A DNA stretch of 64,000 nucleotides from Pontiella sp. (GCA_050290185.1 JBNKHE010000002.1:64001-128000), one strand, 5' to 3'; counted from the first letter of the stretch, positions 9,676 to 20,375 are shown. The notes: generated by a model from the sequence alone, not told the origin. A program made the numbers and translations.

Positions 9676-11799
9676 ATGAATGTATGTCAGTCCGTATTTA
9701 GCACCTGCGCTTCGGCCATCCTCCTGCTGGGCACACAAGCTTGCGCAACCGTCGCACCCGAAGGCTTGATGATCGAATTCCTGCAAGGGCCCAAGGTTGA
9801 AAACATTGCCGATCCCACCCCCGAGTTTGGTTGGATCGTCCCCTCTTCGGAAAAGAATGCGATGCAGACGGCCTACCGTGTATTGGTGGCGAGCAGCCCC
9901 GATCTTCTCGCGGAAGGCCGTGCGGATCTATGGGACAGCGGCAAGGTTGGATCGGCTCAATCGATCAACGTGCCCTACGGCGGCAAGGCGTTGGAACCCG
10001 GAAAAACCGCGTTTTGGAAGGTGAAGACCTGGACGGACCAGGACGAAGAGAGCGGTTGGTCAAGCGTGCAAGAGTTTTCCATGGGTCAGCCGTCCACCGA
10101 CTACACGGCCACCCGCTATGCCCTGGTGCAGGAGGAAATCGCGCCGGTGAAGGTTACGAGGAAGAACGGCACCTATCTAATCGATTTCGGCAAGGTGGCC
10201 TTTGGCTATCTCCGCCTCGACATCAACTCTCCCAAGGACCAGCAAATCACCATCCACTTTGGGGAAAAAGGCAACGACAATGGCATCGACCGGAAACCCG
10301 GAGGAACCATCCGCTACTACGAAGTAAAGGCATCGCTGAGCAAAGGCGAAAACAAGCTCGATGTCCATGCGCCGCAAGATGGCCGGAACACGGGGAAAGA
10401 CGCCATCAAGATCCCCGCATCGATCGGTGTGATTGAACCGTTCCGCTACATCGAAATCGAGGATTGTCCCATTTCCTTGGATGAATCAATGATCCGACAA
10501 GTGGTTGTGCATTATCCCTTCGACGAAACCGCCTCCAGCTTTGAATCGGACAACGACCTGCTGAACCAAATCTGGGATCTATGCAAACACAGCATGAAGG
10601 CCACCAGTTTCTGCGGCGTGTATGTCGACGGCGACCGCGAGCGCATCCCCTATGAAGCCGATGCCTACATCAACCAGCTTTCGCACTATGCCGTCGACCG
10701 CGAATTTTCGATCGCGCGCTACAGCCATGAATATCTGCTCCGGCATTCCACCTGGCCCACCGAATGGAAGCAACATTCCGTCATGCTGGCATGGGCTGAC
10801 TACATGTATACCGGCAATACGGAATCGCTCGAAAAAAACTATGCTGTGCTGAAGAAGGACAAGACGCTTGAGTGGCGCGCACGCGAAGATGGCCTGCTGA
10901 AAACCGATGGAATGGCTAACCGCAACGACATCGTCGATTGGCCCGAGGGCGAACGCGACGGATACGACCGCCGCGAGGTCAACACGGTCATCAATTCGTT
11001 CTACTACCTTAATCTAAATCAAATGGCCGACATGGCCAAGGCGCTCGGCAAGAATGCCGAAGCGGAGGATTATCGAAAAAAAGCCGAAACAGTTAAAAAG
11101 CGCTTTAACGAGGTGCTGTTTGACGACGATAAATACATCGACGGCGAGGACTCGCACCACTCGGCCCTGCACGCCAACATGCTGCCGCTGGCCGTCGGAC
11201 TCGTTCCAGAAGATCAGGTTAAATCGGTGGCCGATTTCGTTATTTCCCGCGACATGGCCTGCAGCGTCTACGGCGCGCAGTATCTGCTGGAAGGACTGTA
11301 TAAAGCCGACGAAGCACAGGCCGCCCTCGACCTGATGACTTCGACGAAAAAGCGCAGCTGGTACAACATGATCGACGCCGGCTCGACCATCACGATGGAA
11401 GCGTGGGACAACGAGTTCAAACCCAACCAGGATTGGAACCATGCGTGGGGCGCCGCCCCGGCCAATATCATTTCCCGCTACCTGCTCGGCGTCCGCCCGC
11501 TCGAACCCGGATTTGCAAAAGCGCTGATCCAGCCGCAACCCGCCTCGTTGAAAAACGTGAAGGGCGTCGTCCCGACCATCCGCGGGCCGATCACGGTTAT
11601 CATCAAGAACGAAGACCGCAAGTTCATGATGGGCGTCGAAATCCCCGCCAACATGACTGCCAAGATCGGCATCCCGCACATCAACAAATCTTCGGACACC
11701 GTGCAGCTCGACGGCAAACCGGTGACGGCAGAGGTTGGCGGCGCATATCTCTACATAGACAACGTCGGCTCCGGCCAGCACATGATTATTGCACAGTAG
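9676..11799 (+). CDS. Alpha-L-rhamnosidase (GH78), secreted
   Basis: QTAYRVLVAS..LWDSGKV, DGDRERIPYEAD, IVDWP, TITMEAW, WNHAWGAAP. Confidence 0.9.
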   Translation: MNVCQSVFSTCASAILLLGTQACATVAPEGLMIEFLQGPKVENIADPTPEFGWIVPSSEKNAMQTAYRVLVASSPDLLAEGRADLWDSGKVGSAQSINVPYGGKALEPGKTAFWKVKTWTDQDEESGWSSVQEFSMGQPSTDYTATRYALVQEEIAPVKVTRKNGTYLIDFGKVAFGYLRLDINSPKDQQITIHFGEKGNDNGIDRKPGGTIRYYEVKASLSKGENKLDVHAPQDGRNTGKDAIKIPASIGVIEPFRYIEIEDCPISLDESMIRQVVVHYPFDETASSFESDNDLLNQIWDLCKHSMKATSFCGVYVDGDRERIPYEADAYINQLSHYAVDREFSIARYSHEYLLRHSTWPTEWKQHSVMLAWADYMYTGNTESLEKNYAVLKKDKTLEWRAREDGLLKTDGMANRNDIVDWPEGERDGYDRREVNTVINSFYYLNLNQMADMAKALGKNAEAEDYRKKAETVKKRFNEVLFDDDKYIDGEDSHHSALHANMLPLAVGLVPEDQVKSVADFVISRDMACSVYGAQYLLEGLYKADEAQAALDLMTSTKKRSWYNMIDAGSTITMEAWDNEFKPNQDWNHAWGAAPANIISRYLLGVRPLEPGFAKALIQPQPASLKNVKGVVPTIRGPITVIIKNEDRKFMMGVEIPANMTAKIGIPHINKSSDTVQLDGKPVTAEVGGAYLYIDNVGSGQHMIIAQ

Positions 11800-11844
11800 A
11801 CAACGGGAACGAAATGGCAACCCAATGGCTTCGCTCGAACAAGG

Positions 11845-12924
11845 TCAATAAGCTTCCCCCCGACGATATTTTTCAAGCGTTTGCCTAAATAAGTCCTGCG
11901 TTGCTTTCGAGTGATTTTCCTTATCGGCAAAATCAACAACCGTTTGTTGGAGATATATCGCATAATCAAACTGCCCGTTTTCTGCATAAGCAGCTGCCAG
12001 CTTTGTTCTCCATGCAGTGTATCTGAGAGAGACTCCGCAAACGATTGCCCGATCTGCATATTCAGCAGCCAAGGCCCCGTTTCGCTTCGATTTATCTTCA
12101 TTGGCTCCATAGTATCCTGCCAACCAAGTCAAACAGCCCGGACTGTCTTCTTCAGCGCCTTTCTTGAGCCATTCCAACGCCAAGGCATCGCTTTTTTCTA
12201 ATCCATGTCCTCCCTTAAAATATAACTCGGCCATGGAGGGCACAGCACTGTAGTCGCCGTCTGAGCAGCTTTTTTTATAGTATTTTACAGCCTTTGCATA
12301 ATCGGCTTGCGGCCCTCCCCGAGATCCTGACTCGTATGTTAGACCAATGCAATAATAAGCCTTCAAGGTCCCCTTTTTCCCTGCTCTTTCCAGCAATTCT
12401 ATGGCTTTTTTATATTTACGCTCTTTATGCAACCGCATGCCCTCAAAATATTCTTTTGCCTTTTTTCCCGCAATAAAAGGGCGATTTCGAGGGTGTATAG
12501 GATTTTCATTCCATTCAATTTCATTATGCAATTCCTCGGGAATGGAGATTTCATACATTGGTTGGATACCCCCTCCTCCAAGCCCATATATGCGCAAGAC
12601 CACACCAGCGGGAACAGAATCCAAGCAATATCCCGGAAGACGAATCCTTTTCTCCCCATTGGGTGGAATGCTGCCAATAAATTGATCCAGTCCAAAAGCA
12701 TACATACTGGTCTCACGGGCCTTACTCCTACAATACACCCGATAATCCATGTACAGGTTTTCGAGTTTCTCACCATCCAGGTTCTTTAGAACCACTTCAT
12801 AGTAAGCCCCCTTGGCCCCCCCATCCATTTGCTCGGCGGAAACAGCCAGATATTCCCTACCCGACGAAACAGTGGCTCCCATCATGAAACACACAAGCAG
12901 TCTTGCCGTGAATACCCTCATCAT
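11845..12924 (-). CDS. Secreted SEL1-like repeat protein, visibly lower GC than neighbours
   Basis: Signal peptide; SEL1 units YYCIGLTYESG..DYAKAVKYYKK and MAELYFKGGHGLEKSDALALEWLKKGAE. Confidence 0.8.
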   Translation of the reverse strand: MMRVFTARLLVCFMMGATVSSGREYLAVSAEQMDGGAKGAYYEVVLKNLDGEKLENLYMDYRVYCRSKARETSMYAFGLDQFIGSIPPNGEKRIRLPGYCLDSVPAGVVLRIYGLGGGGIQPMYEISIPEELHNEIEWNENPIHPRNRPFIAGKKAKEYFEGMRLHKERKYKKAIELLERAGKKGTLKAYYCIGLTYESGSRGGPQADYAKAVKYYKKSCSDGDYSAVPSMAELYFKGGHGLEKSDALALEWLKKGAEEDSPGCLTWLAGYYGANEDKSKRNGALAAEYADRAIVCGVSLRYTAWRTKLAAAYAENGQFDYAIYLQQTVVDFADKENHSKATQDLFRQTLEKYRRGEAY

Positions 12925-13167
12925 ACCCCCCTTTTTAGTTTTAGTCTTTTTCTAACCCTATTTGCTCCAGCGATTAAATATTATTCTACGAAGAATTTTA
13001 TTGTGAAAGCACCAGCTTCCCGCAGAAGAATAGGATGCTTGTCCGATAGTTTTTAACGGTTCTAAAGCCGCGGTCAAACTCGGCATCATGCCGCGTCCAG
13101 AAGTGCCGAAACATCTCTTTATAGGTACCATGCATTGGCAGCGCCAAGCTCGGCCTTGACCCGCGAA

Positions 13168-13450
13168 TCGACTTGATGACCTCGAAGGAAAAGCGCAGCT
13201 GGTTTAACATGATCGACGCCGGCTCGACCATTACTTTGCAAAGGCGCTGATCCAGCCGAAGCCGGCTTCGCTCAAGAACGTGAAGAGCGTCGAAATCCCC
13301 GTCAACATGACCGCCAGGACCGGCGTGCCGCGCGTGAATAAATCATCCCTCTCCGTATTGGTTGACGGAGAAACGGTTCAGGCAGTAGCGGAAGGCGACA
13401 CCCTGTTCGTAGACAGCATCGGTTCCGGTCAGCACATGATCCTAGTGCAG
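13168..13450 (+). pseudogene. Deleted remnant of a GH78 3' end (homologous to 11327-11796)
   Basis: Three collinear blocks match 11327-11393, 11512-11569 and 11631-11796; translation VEIPVNMTA..GSGQHMILVQ. Confidence 0.85.
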
Positions 13451-13462
13451 CAGCCTAAATAT

Positions 13463-13488
13463 GGAAGCGACGAGGGCGGCGCGTCTAC
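13463..13488 (-). repeat. Degenerate REP (GTAGA family)
   Basis: rc GTAGACGCGCCGCCCTCGTCGCTT, similar to 15769-15792. Confidence 0.6.
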
Positions 13489-13513
13489 ATTCCAGTTGAC
13501 GAACTCGCATCCC

Positions 13514-15349
13514 CTAAAAATCAACATCGGAGTGCAGGCGGGTTTCGAGCATGGGTCGGGCAAATTCCCATCCTTTCGCAAGGGCGTGGATATCATGCTT
13601 GATGCGGGTGGTTTCCTTGAAGCGATCCTCGTTGGAGAGGTCGGCTCGCCTGGCAAGCGCCGCCTGCTCGCCTTCAAGGTGGCGTTTCCAGAATATAAGG
13701 ATATAGCGTTGAGCCAGCTCCACCGGCAAGGTTTCGGCATCAATCGTACGCGACTCCTCCACCTGCGCACGGCTGATTACCTTCTGGGTTTCCCCATCGA
13801 ACTCATGAAAGCCGTCGGTAAGTGTTTCGGGCGCATCGAGCATCAGAATTTCAACCAGCTTTCTGCAGGTTGGGTCCGTTAGCAGATTGGGCGGAAGAAA
13901 GTCGTGTACCAGCGGGTGGACCTCGTGGTAGTGATGAAGTAGCAGCTCCAGCAGCGCGGTCTCCTGCCGTGGATAGGTTTTTTGCTTGGCAACCGCCGGA
14001 ACTGCAGTCTTTTCCCTGGGTGCCGAGGATCGCTGCTGGCGTTGCACTCTTTTTAAATCCTGACTGAGCGCGAGTGGCGAAATATTCAACCGGTCAGCAG
14101 CGCTGTGGATCATCGGATCCCGGCGGGCGGCGGAAGGGCAATGGGCAAGATACTTGAGCACGGCCTGCACCACGCGCATGCGCCCGGCTTCGGTCCCGGC
14201 GTTCTCCTGCTTCTGAAAGGCATCGATCAGGAAGTCGAGCGCCGACGGCGCTTCCGCGACCAGCGCCGTAAGCGATTCAGGGCCCTTTTTCCGAATCAGA
14301 GAATCGGGATCTTCGCCTTCCGGCAAGGTGACGACGCGAACCGCCAGTTCGGTGGCGATAAAGATTTCGGACGAAGCGAGAGCGGCCTTGATCCCGGCGG
14401 CGTCGGCATCGAGTACGAGGATGACCTCGTCGGCGTGGCGCTTGATGAGCCGGGCATGGTTTTCGGTGAGCGCAGTACCCTGCGAGGCCACCACATTTTC
14501 AAGCCCGGCCTGATGGCAGCGGATGGCATCGATCTGCCCTTCCACCACGATGGCCTGATGCGCATCAACAATGGCCTTGCGCGCCTTGTCGAAGGCGTAG
14601 AGCACCTGGTTTTTCTTGAACAGCAGGGTTTCCGGGCTGTTGACATATTTCGCGCCCTTCTCGGCCTTGTTCATGATACGGCCGCTGAAACCGATGACGC
14701 GCCCGATCTGGTCGCAGATCGGAAACATGATGCGGTTGCGGAAGCGGTCATAGTGGCGGGTCTGCCCCCCGCGTTCCGAGGGAACCACGAGGCCGGCGGT
14801 TTCGAGCTGTTCGGCTTTGTAGCCTTTTTTGAGTGCGCGCGAAAGCAACCCTTCCCAATCGTTGGGGGCATAGCCGATCTGGAACTGCTTGACGAGATCC
14901 GGAGGCAGGTCGCGCTCTTCGAGATAGCGGCGGGCATCGGCGGCGTCGGGGCTGTCTAGCAACATGCGGTGGTAGAAGGCGGCGGCATCGGTATGGAGCT
15001 TGTAGAGTACGTCCTTGTTTCCGCCTTTCTCAGGCTGGCCGCCACCCTCGTACTTGACTTCGACTCCGGCGCGCTCGGCGAGAATGCTGACGGCGGTAAC
15101 AAAATCAACTTTTTCATAGTCCATCACGAAGCGGAAAACGTCCCCGCCGGCGTTGCAACCAAAGCAGTGAAAGATCTGACGGGCATCATTGACGGTAAAA
15201 GAAGGCGTCTTTTCCTGATGGAACGGGCAATTGCACTTGTAGGTGGATCCACGGCGACGCAACTGCGGCAGATACGCCCCCACCACCTCCACAATGCTGC
15301 AGCGGGCCCGTATCTCTTCAATTGTTTCTTTCGATATGATCGCCATCAC
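13514..15349 (-). CDS. dnaG: DNA primase
   Basis: CPFHQEKTPSF..FHCFGC zinc finger, DRFRNRIMFPI, KYVNSPET, TOPRIM VEGQID and DADAAG. Confidence 0.97.
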   Translation of the reverse strand: MMAIISKETIEEIRARCSIVEVVGAYLPQLRRRGSTYKCNCPFHQEKTPSFTVNDARQIFHCFGCNAGGDVFRFVMDYEKVDFVTAVSILAERAGVEVKYEGGGQPEKGGNKDVLYKLHTDAAAFYHRMLLDSPDAADARRYLEERDLPPDLVKQFQIGYAPNDWEGLLSRALKKGYKAEQLETAGLVVPSERGGQTRHYDRFRNRIMFPICDQIGRVIGFSGRIMNKAEKGAKYVNSPETLLFKKNQVLYAFDKARKAIVDAHQAIVVEGQIDAIRCHQAGLENVVASQGTALTENHARLIKRHADEVILVLDADAAGIKAALASSEIFIATELAVRVVTLPEGEDPDSLIRKKGPESLTALVAEAPSALDFLIDAFQKQENAGTEAGRMRVVQAVLKYLAHCPSAARRDPMIHSAADRLNISPLALSQDLKRVQRQQRSSAPREKTAVPAVAKQKTYPRQETALLELLLHHYHEVHPLVHDFLPPNLLTDPTCRKLVEILMLDAPETLTDGFHEFDGETQKVISRAQVEESRTIDAETLPVELAQRYILIFWKRHLEGEQAALARRADLSNEDRFKETTRIKHDIHALAKGWEFARPMLETRLHSDVDF

Positions 15350-15473
15350 CTAGCAATAGCGGAACCCCGCTCCCCCCTCAATCCTGCGCACTAGAATTTT
15401 GCGGCGGAAGGTTGAAGTGGATCGGCCAACTGCCTATGGTTGCGATACTTCTCTCGAAACCAGGGATTGCTGG

Positions 15474-15767
15474 ATGAAACTACCGAAACTTCAAGACCTG
15501 AACAACGAACGCTTTCTGGACGAGGCCTTCAATCCCGAAACCAATGCGGTATGGATTCGTGCCGTCCGCCTGCGCCGGAACGTTTACCTATGGCTCTTCC
15601 TGACCGGTATCGGATGCCTCTTTATCACGGCCTTTACCCATCAAATCCACATGAGTATCCTGTCGCTCTTTCTGGCTACCCTGTCGCTGGTGGTGATGAC
15701 AAAATACGACACGCAGCTCCGCTTCCTGACCAAGCTCAAGCTTCGGGAAGTGAAGGAGCAGGACTAA
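15474..15767 (+). CDS. Small 2-TM hypothetical membrane protein
   Basis: ATG at 15474; two hydrophobic helices. Confidence 0.6.
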   Translation: MKLPKLQDLNNERFLDEAFNPETNAVWIRAVRLRRNVYLWLFLTGIGCLFITAFTHQIHMSILSLFLATLSLVVMTKYDTQLRFLTKLKLREVKEQD

Positions 15768-15768
15768 C

Positions 15769-15830
15769 GTAGAAGCGACGCCCTCATCGCTTTATCCATC
15801 CGCAGAACGCGACGGGAGCAACGCGTCTAC
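15769..15830. repeat. REP doublet (REPIN-like)
   Basis: GTAGAAGCGACG-CCCT-CATCGCTT followed by inverted AACGCGACGGGAGCAACGCGTCTAC, between convergent genes. Confidence 0.75.
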
Positions 15831-15910
15831 AATCCATTCATCAGACGAAATGAGCCGGATTACCTGAAATGGCGGCGGGACGGTACTCCCCTGCAAGCGA
15901 TCGCTTTAAG

Positions 15911-16429
15911 TTATTCCGGGATGAAGAGCTTTTGGCCGACGTAAATGTTGTCGTTCTTGAGGTTGTTGGCCTTCTTGATGGCTTCAACGGAGGTGCCGTA
16001 GGCCTGCGCGATGGCGGAGAGGGTATGCCCCTTTTCCACTACATGTTCATGGCCGGCGCCATGACTGGGCGTGGACGTACGCGGTGATGCGACGGCCTTG
16101 TTCAGCAGTTTTTCCACGCGGCTGACGAGTTCCTTCATTTCACGGGCCTGCTTGGATTCGAGCGCCTGCATATTATGGTTCAGCTGCGTAATCTGGCTGT
16201 TGCAGGAACGGACCTGCTCCTGCAGCTGCTGAATTTGCTGAATCAGATTGCCATATTCCATTTCCACCGATTCCACCCGGCCCTGAACTTTGTACATCCG
16301 TTCTTCGCTCACGCGGGCGGCGGCCTGCTGGCGCGCAGCCGCCTGCTGGCGCTGCTGCGGCGTTTGAATGGTTTCGCAGCCGGATAGCACGGCCAGCACG
16401 GGCAAGGCAATCAACACTCTGGTTTTCAT
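15911..16429 (-). CDS. LysM-domain lipoprotein with coiled coil
   Basis: Lipobox LSGC; Gln-rich coil; HVVEKGHTLSAIAQAYG..IYVGQKLFIP. Confidence 0.9.
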   Translation of the reverse strand: MKTRVLIALPVLAVLSGCETIQTPQQRQQAAARQQAAARVSEERMYKVQGRVESVEMEYGNLIQQIQQLQEQVRSCNSQITQLNHNMQALESKQAREMKELVSRVEKLLNKAVASPRTSTPSHGAGHEHVVEKGHTLSAIAQAYGTSVEAIKKANNLKNDNIYVGQKLFIPE

Positions 16430-16493
16430 CGGAGCACCTCTCTTTTAATATCGTTTCGTTTAAAGCTCGTTGCTTGTTTTTACACACGGCCCA

Positions 16494-17486
16494 TCAGGGC
16501 TTCCACTGGTACAGAAACCGGGGCGAATCGAAGGCGTTCATGCCGGGGATTGCCGGCATTTTTGAACCCAGCAAGGAATCCAAAAAGCCCTTCTCTTCGG
16601 AGTAGCGTACGATATACAGCTCCTGCCCTCCCAGCAAATCCTGCAACGCATTGACCGCTTCAAGCCAGTAGCCGATCGCATCGATAAATCCGAGTTCCTG
16701 CGCTTTTTCAGCGGTAAAAACACGTCCATCAAGCAATTCCCGGCTTTCAAGGCCTCTGGATTCCATAACAATCGATGCAAAGCGGTTCTGCATTTCATCC
16801 ACCAGCCCCTGTAGCATTTCCACGTGCTGCGGGTTTACCGCCTCCAAAGGATTCAGCATATCCTTGTTTTCGCCCGATGCGATGGTGACGGACTTCAGCC
16901 CGATCATATCGCCCAGTTCTTTCATGTTGTAGGAGTGCATAATCACCCCGACCGATCCAACAATAGCGGTAGGTTCAGCGATGATATAGTCGCCGGCCAT
17001 GGACGCATAGTAGGCGCCCGACGCCCCCAGGCTGCGGATGAACACCACCACTTTCCGGCCTTCAGCGCTCTGCTTGAACAGTTGCAGGGCAGTGTAGATT
17101 TCGTCGCTCGGGGTTACGGCGCCGCCGGGGGAATCGACTTCCAGCAGAATCGCCTTCACATCCGGATCGTTCCGGGCCACCAGGATCTGGGAAAGGATGG
17201 ATTCGACCATGTCGGGATCGCTGCCGAGCAGACGCTCGTGCTGGCCGCGCATGATCACCCCGGACAACTCGATGCGCACCACCTTGTTTGCCATGGCTTC
17301 GCGGCTGCCGTACGACCAGACCTCCTCAAATACCGGTGTTTCATCGACGGGATAATCGGGCTCAGAACCCGATGCCCCCGAAGCCACCATGGCCAGTATT
17401 CCGATATTGGCAAGTGCGCTCCAGAATAACGCTATCGATAGTAGCGTGATCGCGATCCAGTATCCGATTGATGAGCCTTTGGCCAT
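16494..17486 (-). CDS. sppA: Signal peptide peptidase SppA (S49)
   Basis: VDSPGGAV, GASGAYY, VGSVGV, SGENKD, DGRVFTAEKA. Confidence 0.92.
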   Translation of the reverse strand: MAKGSSIGYWIAITLLSIALFWSALANIGILAMVASGASGSEPDYPVDETPVFEEVWSYGSREAMANKVVRIELSGVIMRGQHERLLGSDPDMVESILSQILVARNDPDVKAILLEVDSPGGAVTPSDEIYTALQLFKQSAEGRKVVVFIRSLGASGAYYASMAGDYIIAEPTAIVGSVGVIMHSYNMKELGDMIGLKSVTIASGENKDMLNPLEAVNPQHVEMLQGLVDEMQNRFASIVMESRGLESRELLDGRVFTAEKAQELGFIDAIGYWLEAVNALQDLLGGQELYIVRYSEEKGFLDSLLGSKMPAIPGMNAFDSPRFLYQWKP

Positions 17487-17616
17487 GAATTTTCTCCATT
17501 GTGCTGAATATCGGGACACCATAGAGCTTCGCCCCCTTTATTTGAATAAATAAATTCCATTGGCCGCGATAAATCGGCTAGTTTCTGGCCTGTTTGAAAT
17601 AATCGAGGAGCAGGAT

Positions 17617-18588
17617 TTGGACTATCTTCAACGGGCAAGCGAAGTACTGGCAATCGAGATTTCCGGACTGGAAAAGGTTAAGCAGGATCTGGACGGCGGT
17701 TTCAGCCAGGCGGTTGACGCCATTTTGGAAACTGTCCGGAACGGCGGAAAAGTCGTCGTCGCCGGCGTCGGCAAAAACTGGCATATCGGAAACAAGATCG
17801 CGGCTACGCTGACGAGCACGGGAACGCCGGCGGTGGTGATGCATCCCATCGAAGCCATGCACGGCGACTTCGGCATTCTGGGCGACCGCGACATCCTGCT
17901 GGCCATGAGCTATTCCGGCGCCTCCGACGAGCTGATCGCTCTGCTACAACCCGTCAAGCGCAAGGGCGTCCGGATCATTGCCATGACCGGGGAAATGGAC
18001 AGTCCGCTCGCCCAGCACAGCGATATCATCGTATCGGTCAAGGTCGAAAAGGAGGCCTGCCCGTTCAATATGGCCCCGACCACCAGTACAACGGCCACGC
18101 TCGCACTCGGGGATGCTTTGGCCATGGTGCTGCTTGAAGCCCGCGGATTCAAAATCGAGGACTATGCCAAACTCCATCCGGGCGGCGCGATCGGGCGCAC
18201 CCTGCTCTTGCGGGTCGAGGATGTCATGCGCACCGGCGAACGCTGTGCCACGGTCCAATCCGGTCACGCGGTGCGGGAAGCGCTAATCGCGATGACCGGC
18301 GCCAAGGCCGGATGCGTGGCCATCGTCAATGTCGACAACACGCTGGCGGGCATTATGACGGATGGCGACCTGCGCCGCCACCTGATCGAAACGCCCAATC
18401 TGGTCGAACAGCCGGTGGAAACGGTCATGACGGCCAACCCGATCACCTTGAGCAAGGATATGCTGGCGCTGGAAATCCTGAATATTTACGAAAAACACAA
18501 CATCGACGACTTGATCGTGGTCGATGAAAAGAACCGCGTAATCGGCGCGGTCGACATCCAGGATATGCCCAAGCTTAAAATCCTGTAA
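17617..18588 (+). CDS. kdsD: Arabinose-5-phosphate isomerase (KpsF/GutQ, SIS plus CBS)
   Basis: KIAATLTSTGTPA, EAMHGDFG, EACPFNMAPTTSTT, HPGGAIG, TDGDLRR; likely TTG start after GAGGAG. Confidence 0.92.
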   Translation: MDYLQRASEVLAIEISGLEKVKQDLDGGFSQAVDAILETVRNGGKVVVAGVGKNWHIGNKIAATLTSTGTPAVVMHPIEAMHGDFGILGDRDILLAMSYSGASDELIALLQPVKRKGVRIIAMTGEMDSPLAQHSDIIVSVKVEKEACPFNMAPTTSTTATLALGDALAMVLLEARGFKIEDYAKLHPGGAIGRTLLLRVEDVMRTGERCATVQSGHAVREALIAMTGAKAGCVAIVNVDNTLAGIMTDGDLRRHLIETPNLVEQPVETVMTANPITLSKDMLALEILNIYEKHNIDDLIVVDEKNRVIGAVDIQDMPKLKIL

Positions 18589-18689
18589 CGCGGACCGAAA
18601 CGCAATAGTTACCGATTGACCCGTTTGGGTCCAATCTGTAGGGTTTGCGGGTTCTTTTTACAACTATTGGAAAGGGAGAGGACAACACC

Positions 18690-20363
18690 ATGGCTATGAT
18701 GATTTCAAAGTTTCACAAACTCGTTGGTTCCAAGAAGGTTTGGACCGTCTTCGCCGTGCTTATCAGCGCGGCATTCGTGATCGCCTATACGGGCGGAAAA
18801 TCAGGTCGGCAACAGGCCCGGCCTGACGCGTCCTCAGAGACTGTGGGCAAGCTGTACAACGAGAAGGTCTCACGGCACGAACTGAGCCGCGAATACCAGA
18901 ATACCTACCTCATGCTGATCCTGCGGACCGGAAAGCCGCTCAGAATCACCGAGCAGATCGATCAGCTCCTCAAGGAGCAGGCATGGCAACGACTGGCCAT
19001 CTTGAAAAAAGCGGCCAAGATGGGGCTGGTGGTCTCCAAGGAACAGCTGGTCACCGCCATCCGCCAGCAGCCCGTCTTCCTCAACCAGCAGACCGGCCAG
19101 TTCGACCGCCAGGCATACGATGCCTTTTTCGCGCAGATACTTCCCCGCATTGGCGTGAACATGTCCCCCAAGGGATTTGAAACGATGATCTCCGAAAACC
19201 TGCTGATCGAAAAAGCCTCCAGCATGGCGATCCAGAGCGCCCTCGTAACCGATGCAGAAGTCGACCATGCTTTCCATGTATACAGCGACAAGCTGACCGT
19301 ACAGTATGCCTCCATCCCGCAGAGCCTGGCCACGCCCCCGGAAACTACCGAAGCGGATGCGCGCGAATACTACAACAAATACCCGAACCAGTTCACCTAT
19401 CCGGACAAGGTCAAGGTACGCTATGTGGATTTCCCCGTGGCAGACTATACGGCCGACATCGAAGTGACCGATGAAATGCTTGCCCAGGTCTATGATGACA
19501 ACAAGCAAATGTTCATGGTAGAGGGGACCGAAGACAGTGCGTCGCCGGAATACAAGCCGCTGGAAGAGGTAAAGGATACGATCATCGAAGAAATCAAGGG
19601 AGGCATGGGCCGGAAGAAAGCTGCCAATGATGCAGGCCTGTTTGTTTCCAAATTGTCCAGCCAGGCAGGAACCTTCGACAAACTGGCACAGGACGCCGGA
19701 AAAACCATCGCATCGACGCCGCCCTTTGCCCTGACCGATACCGTACGGGACATTGATCCCACCGCAAATTTTGCCCGGGCCGCCTTCGGCCTCGAAGATG
19801 ATGCCAACCATTACTACAGCGATCCGGTGATCGGCAAGGAACACGTCTACATCCTCGTATTGCAGAGCAAAATGCCCTCCTTCCTTCCCGGGTTCGAGAT
19901 CGTTGCGGATGAAGCCATGACAGCCGCCAAAGCTTCCGCCGCCGAAAAAGCCTACGCGCAGAAGGCCGAAGCGATCCACGCCGACCTTGAAACCGCGTTA
20001 AAGGCCGGTGCCTCGTTCGAAGATGCCGCATCCAAAGCCGGGCTGACGATCACCACCACCGAACCGTTCAGCGCAGCCGAACCCCCGGAAGACGATCTGG
20101 GCCAGAACATCCTGAGACAGACCGTGCTGTTCGATGCCGGCACACTCGTCGACCTGATCCCGACCGAAGAGGAGTTCATTGTCGCCTATATCTCCGCGAG
20201 GGAACCTGCCGACCGGCTTACGGCGGATCCAAACCTGATGGCCCAGCTCAAGGCCAGCGTACAGAACGACAAGGCCACCCGTCTTGCAACCGCATGGCGC
20301 GAATCGATCTTGAAAGAGGCCAATCTCGAGATCATCGACCCTGCAGCCAAAGACAACTCCTGA
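18690..20363 (+). CDS. PpiD/SurA-N-like membrane-anchored periplasmic chaperone
   Basis: N-terminal TM; F...GQFDRQAY; VTDAEV; PDKVKVRYV; KPLEEVKDTI. Confidence 0.75.
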   Translation: MAMMISKFHKLVGSKKVWTVFAVLISAAFVIAYTGGKSGRQQARPDASSETVGKLYNEKVSRHELSREYQNTYLMLILRTGKPLRITEQIDQLLKEQAWQRLAILKKAAKMGLVVSKEQLVTAIRQQPVFLNQQTGQFDRQAYDAFFAQILPRIGVNMSPKGFETMISENLLIEKASSMAIQSALVTDAEVDHAFHVYSDKLTVQYASIPQSLATPPETTEADAREYYNKYPNQFTYPDKVKVRYVDFPVADYTADIEVTDEMLAQVYDDNKQMFMVEGTEDSASPEYKPLEEVKDTIIEEIKGGMGRKKAANDAGLFVSKLSSQAGTFDKLAQDAGKTIASTPPFALTDTVRDIDPTANFARAAFGLEDDANHYYSDPVIGKEHVYILVLQSKMPSFLPGFEIVADEAMTAAKASAAEKAYAQKAEAIHADLETALKAGASFEDAASKAGLTITTTEPFSAAEPPEDDLGQNILRQTVLFDAGTLVDLIPTEEEFIVAYISAREPADRLTADPNLMAQLKASVQNDKATRLATAWRESILKEANLEIIDPAAKDNS

Positions 20364-20375
20364 TCGGTAAAGGTC

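Noticed and set aside
13280..13882. 200-aa plus-strand ORF
   Set aside because: The first 57 aa or so are the GH78 remnant; the rest is read-through antisense to dnaG.
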